Below, piece after piece: positions 239,645 through 248,000 of a stretch of 248,000 nucleotides of DNA. A model generated the notes under the pieces. That model saw only the letters and a program-made list of their open reading frames with translations, was not told the origin of the DNA and made no database searches. Source of the stretch: Andalucia godoyi And28 (taxonomy: Eukaryota; Protista; Jakobida); contig VRVR01000022.1 in the NCBI GenBank assembly GCA_009859145.1, positions 20,001-268,000 on the forward strand, given 5' to 3'. How positions within the stretch are numbered: the first letter of the stretch is position 1; every line of letters begins with the position of its first letter. A program made the position numbers and the translations under genes.

Positions 239645-241243
239645 TTAGCCAGAACGAAATGATCTTCGAGCTCTTTTGGGATCCGAAACCCTTTGTTCTG
239701 AAGTTTGCTGCTGCTCGTCAATGTCCATAGGCGTCGCAACTGCACTAGATGGAAGAGGAGCACTGTGGACAGAGGCCGCGGAGCTGAACGCAGAGCTACC
239801 GGGAAACAGTGCAGAACCTTCCGCTGATCCTTGCCCCTCATCTTGCATGGATTGCACATCTTGCATGCCGGATTCCGTGTTTGAAAGCACAATTTGCGAG
239901 CCGTCGTTTGACGAATGCACAAACTGCTTGCGGAAGCGTTTCCCGGAAATCAGCGGACTTTCTAGGCTCCGAGTCGCACCATTCGACGACACAGAAGGCC
240001 TCAGCAAGTTTTGGTAAACCTGCAGAACAACTGCTGGCGTATCGGCTGGCAACGAAACCGCAGATTGCGCAGGAAGCGACACTCCAGCATGTTTGGGCGA
240101 CGGCGGAATTGGCTGTTGCGGCGGCAGCTGCATCCGGCGTTGCGACTGTTCGGCAGGCGCCGGTTTGGAGCTGGAAGCCTTCGCACCAGGGAGATGCGGT
240201 TCGAGTAAGGAGGCATCTGGCTTCGACGAGAGAAGCAAACATGGGGACAGAGATGACATGAGGATAGCCTTGAGAATGACTGTTCCATCGAACAGCTGGA
240301 ACTGCGCGCGCAGCAGCTGGCTTCTTTTCGCCTCGTACACGCTCCGAGATGGATCCGTCTCGCTATCCTCCAAGTCCTTTTCTAGCGGATCAATCACGAA
240401 CGCGGTACCAAAGTCCCCGATGAATTTCTTATCAATCAAGCGCTCGGATGCATCGTGCGCCGTGCCGTCGGCTCTCGAGATGAAATCCCGGTACTTTTCG
240501 GCCTGCTTTGGGTTCAAAAACACGAATCGCTTCTGTCGGAAGAGAGAGCTCCGCATCGGGTTCGGTAGGAGAGAAACGGACGATGCATATGGCTCAAGAA
240601 ACGCCCGAGCAGCATCGCCCCACTCTGGGATAAACATGGCAGGATCCGGCATCACGACATCCGGTCTTTCAAGGAGTCTTACTGCTTCGACCCACGAAGG
240701 CTTCACAACCGGGCATCCGCTCAGCAAGGCCACGATAAGCTTTGGTGTGATCTCCACGGACTCCATTACCAAATGGGTGCACTCTGCGACCCAGTTTGAG
240801 CCATAATGGACATGTGCACCAATGACGGAAGCATTTTCGGCCAGAGCACCGAGAGTTTTTCGATTTGAAATCAGGGACGGACACAGTACGTACGGAATGT
240901 ATCTGACTTTCATGGTAGTGGAAAGCAGCCCGAACCGAATTGTTGAGTCATGTACAAGCTCCATTTCTTCATTTGTGACTAGTTTCTGTTCATTCGGGCC
241001 CGTCACAATAAACGACCCATACTTTGACGTGTCCCGGAGTGATATTTGTGGCCGAAATGAAAAATCCGATATGTGGTCAGGAGGAATAAGCCCAACAACA
241101 AGCTGTGCATGCTTGCGAGAAATGGACTTGTCTTGAGACAGCAAAATGTCACAGCCTCGACGACCAATAAGATACGTCCCACCACCAATCAAGTGCAAGT
241201 CATGTGCCACCGCGTCCTTCTGCGTCGAACTCAAAATCCACAT
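239645..241243 (-). CDS. NBN: nibrin/Nbs1 (FHA plus tandem BRCT)
   Basis: IGRR..DKSISRKHA, SKYGS, CTHLVM, KRFRK Mre11-binding-like motif. Confidence 0.82.
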   Translation of the reverse strand: MWILSSTQKDAVAHDLHLIGGGTYLIGRRGCDILLSQDKSISRKHAQLVVGLIPPDHISDFSFRPQISLRDTSKYGSFIVTGPNEQKLVTNEEMELVHDSTIRFGLLSTTMKVRYIPYVLCPSLISNRKTLGALAENASVIGAHVHYGSNWVAECTHLVMESVEITPKLIVALLSGCPVVKPSWVEAVRLLERPDVVMPDPAMFIPEWGDAARAFLEPYASSVSLLPNPMRSSLFRQKRFVFLNPKQAEKYRDFISRADGTAHDASERLIDKKFIGDFGTAFVIDPLEKDLEDSETDPSRSVYEAKRSQLLRAQFQLFDGTVILKAILMSSLSPCLLLSSKPDASLLEPHLPGAKASSSKPAPAEQSQRRMQLPPQQPIPPSPKHAGVSLPAQSAVSLPADTPAVVLQVYQNLLRPSVSSNGATRSLESPLISGKRFRKQFVHSSNDGSQIVLSNTESGMQDVQSMQDEGQGSAEGSALFPGSSAFSSAASVHSAPLPSSAVATPMDIDEQQQTSEQRVSDPKRARRSFRSG

Positions 241244-241748
241244 CTTTTCTTTTTTTCTTTTTGAACCCACCAGCCCCCCTCCTGCCTCGTGTTTCTCAAC
241301 TCTGCTCAACTCAGCTTGAATTTAACAAAAACAAACTACCTTTTGAAAAAACATTAAATAACCAAAACATTAAATAACCAAAACAAAACAAAAAAAAAAG
241401 ATTAATAAATAGTAATAATTAAAACAAAAACCTGTGTTACTGTTCTGATATGTTCTTCTTCCATGCATACACACATCAATGAAACTCTGAAGGAAACGAA
241501 GCCAAAGGGAAGTGGGAAAACACGCTTGAAGTGAATTTCGCATTGCAGGTTGAATCACTTGATGCTGAATGCGGGGGGCGTCTATTTTTATCACTTCTCT
241601 GCCATCATGAAACGAGAATGGAGCTGTTTTTGTGCGATGCTTTCCGTTGCTTTTCCTTTGGAATGTTTATTCATGTTTTTCAAAAAGGAAAAAGAAGAAA
241701 AAGAAGAAGAAAAAGAAGAGAGTAGCGCTGTGTTTTCCGTCCTGAATA

Positions 241749-242183
241749 ATGAAGATAATAATAGCAGTGGATGGCAGCAAGTCTGCGGATGCATGCTTTG
241801 ATTTCATTCGAGCAAACTTCAATCTTTCTGTTGTTTCCGACCTGATTTTGCTGACTGCTGTGGAAGGCCCGTCGTCGGATGCTGTGTATATATCCACGGA
241901 ACTTACGCGAGACATTGCGGCACAGTGTGACACGTTGGCTGCGGCGACACTGGATCGAATTGCGCATCTTGCAAAGGATGCAAAGTTTGCGAAAATCACC
242001 CGGTATGTCGCACATGGAAGACCGCAGCAAGTCATATTGGATGCTGTCGAGTCCTTCAAGGCAGATCTGCTGGTCGTTGGAAGGCAGGGACGAACAGCCG
242101 CTGCACAAAGAGTCCTGATGGGTTCCGTGTCGGAATTCTTAGTCAGAAACTCCCCGTGCACTGTCGCCGTTGTCAAGATGTAG
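241749..242183 (+). CDS. universal stress protein (UspA)
   Basis: IIIAVDGS, DLLVVGRQG..MGSVS..V..SPCTVAVV. Confidence 0.9.
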   Translation: MKIIIAVDGSKSADACFDFIRANFNLSVVSDLILLTAVEGPSSDAVYISTELTRDIAAQCDTLAAATLDRIAHLAKDAKFAKITRYVAHGRPQQVILDAVESFKADLLVVGRQGRTAAAQRVLMGSVSEFLVRNSPCTVAVVKM

Positions 242184-242623
242184 GACGAATCCCCCCTTTC
242201 CTCCTTCCCTTCCTGTTTCTCGTTCTCATTCTCGGTCTCCCAATATTTGGCGTCGTTTAACAAACAAACAATCAGTCAACAATGTATGCGATGTAATGCT
242301 GTGCAGCCCGTTTTGTAAAGGTTGCTTCCTTTTCTTTTTTTTGCGTTTAATAAAACAAAAAAAAAACCTTGTCTTTTTTTTTTTTGGTATTTGGCCTCCA
242401 AAGGCGCTGCCTCACCCAAGACGGCTTTGGATGGGAGGTGACGTTCAACGTTTTTTGCTCGCACTGCCTGTCGGAACCGGCATCAAAGCTGCCGGCATGC
242501 GGTTGCAAAAGGAACCTTCTTGTCGATCTGGGAACGAGAAAAACGCCCATTCCCATAATTTTTTCATCTATTTTTCTCTTTCAGCAATCGCATTCCCTCT
242601 GCTCGCTCGCTGTACAGATAACA

Positions 242624-245600
242624 ATGTCGGGTCCACTTACATTGGGCGTTCCTCAGTCATATACACATACGAGCCACCACGCATCGTCCGCGTCGAAGCG
242701 CAGTTCCAGTCCAGCAGCAGCCAGATCGACATCGCCCTCATCATCACCCTCACCTTTGCCGTCCTCACAGCCGTCTGCAAATCGCGGTTCTTCCAAAGCA
242801 CAATACTCATCATCATCGGCAGCACCATCGTCAGCAGCAGGAGCAGGAGCACCGGGTGCAGGAGCGGGAGCCGGGGCTGTGGTGGGGTCTTTATCGCTGA
242901 ATGCAAGTCGGACTTCGGCAACGGCATCGTCTCTGGCGACAGCAGTGAAGGTTCCGGCAGTCGCAGACTTCAGACCGAAATGGTACAGAATGGATGACGA
243001 CGAGTTCGACGACGAGTTTGTCGGCGGGAATAGAAAGCTTCTGACTCCGAGAATGGAGGAGCTGGCAAACACCCGGTCGCGGCTGGAAATCATGTTTGTG
243101 GACCAGCAGCAGAGTTCGCTTGAACACACGCGACTGCTCATGTCCATCCAAGAGTCCCTCTCGGCTGCACAGCTCGACGACCAGCAAAAGAGAGATCTTT
243201 CGCTCTCGGCATTGACTGACAAGTCAGGAACGTCTGGGTCGCGTCTTGAGGAGGGAGAAGACATATCCATGCTGCTGGATACGCCTCGAGAGGTATTTGA
243301 CAATGTGAAACTCGTGATCAATCGCGCGATAGGGAGAGTCGAGGACCAACTGATTCACATATGCCGCGTATTCTTGACGTTCTTTGAAAGTCTGCACGGA
243401 AAGAACAGTGGCGCAGCCGTGCTACCGGCAGTACTGGCTTCGGATAGTGTGGCAGAAGCGATGGCCAAGATTTCAGAAATCATGAAGCAAGGAAAGATGC
243501 AGTCGAATCAGGAGGTGCAAACCGAGTTGGTTGCGCGCAACGTGCGGGACCTTCGGAAGTCTGAGCGCTCCTTCACCGTTTCGACGCAGACAGAAGAGAT
243601 GACAGAGGCGAACGTTCTTCGTTTTCAGGAATTTTCGACCAACAAGTTAAAGAGAGAAATTGAGTCTTCCAAGAAAGCGTATGCTGAATTGCACCGTCTC
243701 TACCGGGCACAGCTGAAGGAAATCGAGTACCTTGAACAGGAAATGGGTGGAATGCAACAGTACCTGCAAACCGTGGACGAGTGTTACAATCGAACCGTGG
243801 ACGAAATGATGGAGTTTGAGCGATTGCGAAATCGGGCGGACGAGACGATCACGGCAGCGCAGGATCCGCGGGTCAGTATCCGGCAGTTTTTCTCAGATCG
243901 GTTTATGAGCTCGCTGAGCGGAAGCATCTCGGAGCGCGACCAAGGGAGGCCAACTTACACCGCCAGAGATATTGACGTTCTTACGCGAGTTCAGCGGAAG
244001 TTCCGCGTCGTGTTGGATCGCGTTCGGTGCGAGAATGAAGCATTTGCGGCGTATCGCCGTTTGCTGAATGGCAGGCTAGGGCGGCAGTATGCGCTCTCGA
244101 ACAGAGGACACTCAGGATTGGGCGGGCTTGCAGTCGACTTGAAGCAAGGCGTGCGAAAAGTGTATCGTCAGATAGCAGCAATTCACAAAGCACAAGCAAA
244201 GAAGGAACACGACGAGCCTGATTCTCTCTCCGAAAGTGGCTCGCAGAGCAGCGAGAGTTCGAAGAAACCCATTGGGGGAAGCGCTCTTCAACGGCAGCTT
244301 ACCGTGCAGCAACAGAAAGTCAAGACGCTCGTGTCGCGGAACGATTCCGGAACGAATGTCTTGGCAAGCGTGTCTTCTGTGAGCATGGAAGAGGATCTCA
244401 GCGCGCAGCTGGAGGAGTTCCGAAACATTTGGAGGTCCGTTGGTACTCGCATTCAGGAATCCTCTCATGTGGTTCGAGGCGCTCTGCGAAAAGGGTTCTT
244501 TTGGGTGTCTGACACTATTCGCAGGCTCGAAACATTGGTACTTCAAAAGTCGGCTAGGGTGGAAGAACTTCAAGCACACAATCGGAAGTTGGAGAAGGCA
244601 GTTGCTGACATGACCGTCAAGGTTGCTATGAAGGAAACGCATATCCATGAGGGAACCCAAACATCCGAGACAGTCTTCATCATCATGCAGTCGAAGCAGA
244701 AACGGTCACTTGCCTCCCAAACTCTTGAATCGTTCCACAATCGTCCGAACCGCTCAAATGTGGATGAGAGAGCCTATGTGCTCGTTGGAGGCATTGCAAC
244801 CCTCAATCCGTCGTCCTCGGATGCGGGGGTCACGGAAGTGGATGCAACGCCGTTTCCCCAGGCTTCTTCGAAAAAGCCTTCTGGAAAGACAGTGCATTCT
244901 TTGCATTCCAATGCGGACACACCGGTTTCGCTGCCGGCGCTGGCGAATCCTGGAAGCCTGAGCTCGCGTAGCGCAGGAGGCGGTAGCTCGAGTCCCAGTG
245001 ATCCGACAAGCGTACGCAGCTTGCCTGGTCTTCGTCGTCAGGGCACGATTCCTCAGAAGACTTTTGAGGAAGCCCTTTCTCCTCCTCGCAAGAGCAAGGC
245101 GATTTCTCGTGTTTCGTCGCCTGGAGATTCACGACCGTCGCGCGAACGGCCGTCGGTATCCCCACCGTCTTCGGCTTCTCCAGTTTTGCCTCCAATTCCC
245201 GTGTCCCTTGGCTACCAGTCTCCGCGTTATCTGGACGACGGGTCGTCTGTTGGTCATTCTCCTGGTCGTTCTTCTCCTGGCCGTACGTCTCCAAACCTCT
245301 CGAGTCCTGGAAGGTCTACTCCGGGAAGAGCGTCTCCTGGGATTTCCTCAACTGGAAAGTCGTCTCCTGTGCCAGCATCGCCGGGGCGCTCGTCGGCTGC
245401 GAGTCCTGTGCTGCAAAGAGTGAACATGAGCGGAGTTAAGGCCCACGGAACCGAACCAAGCGATGGCCCTCGCACTCGCAGAACCGAAGGAAGTGATGGA
245501 ACTCCGCGTATCAACATTAGTGGACCTGTCCATCAGCATCCAGATCCCCCGCGACAAGAAACGATGGCCCCACTCGGTGCTGAAGGGGGCGGAGGCAGGG

Positions 245601-245731
245601 GACTAGAACATGAAGAAGAAGTAGAAGTAGAAGATGACCGAGATGGCGGGGAGGCAAATGCAGATGTGTCGTCGATTGAAGACTCCGATTCTGACGACGG
245701 TTCCAACATTCTTCCTGTTTCTAGGTCCTGA
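242624..245731 (+). CDS. coiled-coil protein with SP-rich tail
   Basis: long ORF; SPGR repeats. Confidence 0.6.
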   Translation: MSGPLTLGVPQSYTHTSHHASSASKRSSSPAAARSTSPSSSPSPLPSSQPSANRGSSKAQYSSSSAAPSSAAGAGAPGAGAGAGAVVGSLSLNASRTSATASSLATAVKVPAVADFRPKWYRMDDDEFDDEFVGGNRKLLTPRMEELANTRSRLEIMFVDQQQSSLEHTRLLMSIQESLSAAQLDDQQKRDLSLSALTDKSGTSGSRLEEGEDISMLLDTPREVFDNVKLVINRAIGRVEDQLIHICRVFLTFFESLHGKNSGAAVLPAVLASDSVAEAMAKISEIMKQGKMQSNQEVQTELVARNVRDLRKSERSFTVSTQTEEMTEANVLRFQEFSTNKLKREIESSKKAYAELHRLYRAQLKEIEYLEQEMGGMQQYLQTVDECYNRTVDEMMEFERLRNRADETITAAQDPRVSIRQFFSDRFMSSLSGSISERDQGRPTYTARDIDVLTRVQRKFRVVLDRVRCENEAFAAYRRLLNGRLGRQYALSNRGHSGLGGLAVDLKQGVRKVYRQIAAIHKAQAKKEHDEPDSLSESGSQSSESSKKPIGGSALQRQLTVQQQKVKTLVSRNDSGTNVLASVSSVSMEEDLSAQLEEFRNIWRSVGTRIQESSHVVRGALRKGFFWVSDTIRRLETLVLQKSARVEELQAHNRKLEKAVADMTVKVAMKETHIHEGTQTSETVFIIMQSKQKRSLASQTLESFHNRPNRSNVDERAYVLVGGIATLNPSSSDAGVTEVDATPFPQASSKKPSGKTVHSLHSNADTPVSLPALANPGSLSSRSAGGGSSSPSDPTSVRSLPGLRRQGTIPQKTFEEALSPPRKSKAISRVSSPGDSRPSRERPSVSPPSSASPVLPPIPVSLGYQSPRYLDDGSSVGHSPGRSSPGRTSPNLSSPGRSTPGRASPGISSTGKSSPVPASPGRSSAASPVLQRVNMSGVKAHGTEPSDGPRTRRTEGSDGTPRINISGPVHQHPDPPRQETMAPLGAEGGGGRGLEHEEEVEVEDDRDGGEANADVSSIEDSDSDDGSNILPVSRS

Positions 245732-245881
245732 TTGCCCCGACAAGTTTCACTGCAGGCAGCAGACAGCAGGTAGCAGGCCTGTTGTCGATGATGTTCTTGT
245801 TGCCACGCCATTTATTTGTTTTTTTAAATTTAAAAATAATAATAATAAGAAAAACGGAAAAAAAGAAAACTGCATTACGCT

Positions 245882-246919
245882 TTACGACTTTGTTTTGGGT
245901 TTCACATCCGCGTCATATACATCGCGAATAAAGATTGCGTCCTTGGGGTGTTCCTTGTCTCCTTCTTCATATGTGTAAGACACGGCAACTGCGAGCCGTT
246001 TCCCTGATTTGTCAAACGACAGGGAAGAAATGGACGATGCATACGATGAAAGCTGTGATATCCTTCTTCGTCCGCCGAGATCCCAAGTTTGGACGGTCCC
246101 ATCGCAACCGCCCGTCGCGATGCTTCCAAATATCGGATGGAACGACACAGCATTCACCGGATAAACGATATCTTCTGCGCCGTTCTCAGTCTTTTTTCTG
246201 TGGCATTTGAACGCAAATCGCTTGTCATCGTCCTCCACACGGTAGTACTCCACTGCAACGCGCCCCTCCACTGATCCAATGACGTAACCTTGGCCATTCG
246301 GCATGCACTCGACGCAGCGTGTCGGATACTTCAGCGCACTCGGTCTCTCGTCCTCTGGAACATCCAGCCGTCTGGAGTCAAACACGTAAATCTTCTTGTC
246401 CGACGTCGCAATCACGATTTTCCCAGATGCTTGTGCAATCGACATGCTGTACACTTTCCCATTCAGAATTGACTTTGCAACGCTATTGGACGTCGACAAC
246501 ACCGGTGACCGGGGGTCCCAGTACATCACCATGGAGTCCCATCCTCCGGACACCACAACCCGCTTCGAAGCTAGGTATCCTACGCACTTGACACAATCAT
246601 CATGGAATCCAAGTTTTGAACTTTTCGACGACGCAGTTCGATTCAGATCAAACATGCGCACCGTCTTGTCGAGCCCACCCGCAATCAGCTTGTGCTCGTC
246701 ATCCATAAACGACACATCCATCATGGGTCCACGGCACTGGAACGCATGCTCTAGAGTGCGACTGCCGCAATTATACAGCCTAACCTGCGAATCCCATGAC
246801 GAAACAGCAAGGATCGAAGAATCCACAAATTCTGGAAACGACAACGCCGTGATTCCATCCGTCGGAGCACTCGGGAGCTCAAACTGACTGGCGGGTGTCG
246901 TTCCGGCAGCGGATGACAT
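245882..246919 (-). CDS. BUB3: mitotic checkpoint protein BUB3
   Basis: SSWD, LKYPTRC, SVEGRVAVEY, FKCHR, VYPVNA, TGGCDG. Confidence 0.92.
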   Translation of the reverse strand: MSSAAGTTPASQFELPSAPTDGITALSFPEFVDSSILAVSSWDSQVRLYNCGSRTLEHAFQCRGPMMDVSFMDDEHKLIAGGLDKTVRMFDLNRTASSKSSKLGFHDDCVKCVGYLASKRVVVSGGWDSMVMYWDPRSPVLSTSNSVAKSILNGKVYSMSIAQASGKIVIATSDKKIYVFDSRRLDVPEDERPSALKYPTRCVECMPNGQGYVIGSVEGRVAVEYYRVEDDDKRFAFKCHRKKTENGAEDIVYPVNAVSFHPIFGSIATGGCDGTVQTWDLGGRRRISQLSSYASSISSLSFDKSGKRLAVAVSYTYEEGDKEHPKDAIFIRDVYDADVKPKTKS

Positions 246920-247260
246920 TCCTTACAAAAACGATCCCCCTGATAAAATGTACTTCAACAAAGTGAAGAAGGAAACAACACAAGAAAGCAAGCGATAAAT
247001 CGAGAGAGAAAATCAGAGAGAAAATCCGAGAAAAAAAGTCGAATGCATGCTGGGAAAACTGGCGGGAATCCTTTTTTTTTTTTGAAGTGCTTTTGAGAAT
247101 AACTGTCGTTCCGATGCGCCTCAAGTCCTCAAACTCAAATACGTGTCCTCTTCTCAATCTAGTTTCTGATTTCGTTTTTTAAAAAATAATATATTATCGG
247201 TTGGGTTTGTGTCAGAGGAAAAAAGAAAGAGGAATAGAAAACCGTGTCGTTGGCGACGAA

Positions 247261-248000
247261 ATGGAGAGACGGACGCATGTTTCTCGGTATGTGGTGCTGT
247301 CCAAGATTGGAGAAGGGTCATTTGGGGAGGTTCTGAAGGCTCGAGACTCGGAAACCGGCGAGATTGTGGCAATGAAGCGTGTTTTTCTGCGGTCAAAAGA
247401 TGAGAAGTCACGGCATCGAGCATCAGGAGAGCTAAATGCGCTGTACAAGCTGACACGATTGTGCTGTCGAAATATCGCAGTGCTGCGAGACGCGTCTTTC
247501 CACGCTCGAAATCTGGTTCTCGTAATGGAGTTTTATCCGTTGACGACAGCGGACGTCATTCGAAACCTGGATGTCCGGTTGTCGGAAGCAAATGTCAAGT
247601 ATTTGGTCCGCGAGCTTCTTGTTGCGCTTGATGGATGCCATGGAAATGGAGTCATGCATCGGGACGTCAAGCCTGCGAATGTGCTGCTTTCGGAAACGTC
247701 TGCGGTGCGATTGGGTGATTTTGGACTTGCGACGACTGCCTTGCCAGAAAAAAGGGCCCATACTCCGCAGGTTGCCTCGCGGTGGTACCGTGCCCCAGAG
247801 TTGCTGTTTGGAGCCACGGAATACTCGTTCGAGGTTGACATTTGGGGCGCTGGATGCATTTTTGCAGAGTTGTTGAGGCGCTGTCCGTTGTTCCGTGGAG
247901 ACTCCGACATTGATCAGCTGCGGTGCATTTTGAGCACTTTGGGCACTCCATCTGATGTTCGGTGGCCCTCGGCAGTCAATCTGCCTGATTTCAACAAGAT
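247261..248000 (+). CDS. CDK20/CCRK-like kinase, partial (runs off the right edge)
   Basis: IGEGSFGEV, HRDVKPAN, DFG, TPQVASRWYRAPELLFG. Confidence 0.8.
   Translation, partial: MERRTHVSRYVVLSKIGEGSFGEVLKARDSETGEIVAMKRVFLRSKDEKSRHRASGELNALYKLTRLCCRNIAVLRDASFHARNLVLVMEFYPLTTADVIRNLDVRLSEANVKYLVRELLVALDGCHGNGVMHRDVKPANVLLSETSAVRLGDFGLATTALPEKRAHTPQVASRWYRAPELLFGATEYSFEVDIWGAGCIFAELLRRCPLFRGDSDIDQLRCILSTLGTPSDVRWPSAVNLPDFNK

Overview
Gene-dense, intron-poor eukaryotic nuclear DNA (roughly 50% GC by eye, short GT-AG introns, many microsatellites). It comes from a flagellated protist, judged by IFT81, KIF9-like, CFAP52, CFAP299, epsilon-tubulin, HYLS1, Arp2/3 and G-alpha. It is not prokaryotic and has no CRISPR array. 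About 115 protein genes are supported, plus tRNA-Phe, two intron-containing tRNA-Tyr, tRNA-Arg and a solitary 5S rRNA. The main hidden signal is ten dispersed non-autonomous elements of 214-618 bp in two subfamilies (A and B). Most retain frameshifted TnpB/Fanzor2 coding fragments: the HTH, the 'TEEYTSKTCGRCG' Zn ribbon and RuvC-III 'DRDWNGARNI'. All ten share the right end AATG(T/C)AGGCG, preceded by tetraloop hairpins (a putative omega-RNA) and followed by a different flank in every copy. All begin with (C/T)TG directly after an R-C-N-G motif (RCCG in 8 of 10). Other repeats: a 944-bp inverted repeat carrying another Fanzor remnant that brackets a 5.5-kb block, a third Fanzor-remnant family, a TIR-MITE family and a small unclassified repeat. 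No intact Fanzor or transposase was found in the window. Annotations are by motif recognition only; no database searches were run.
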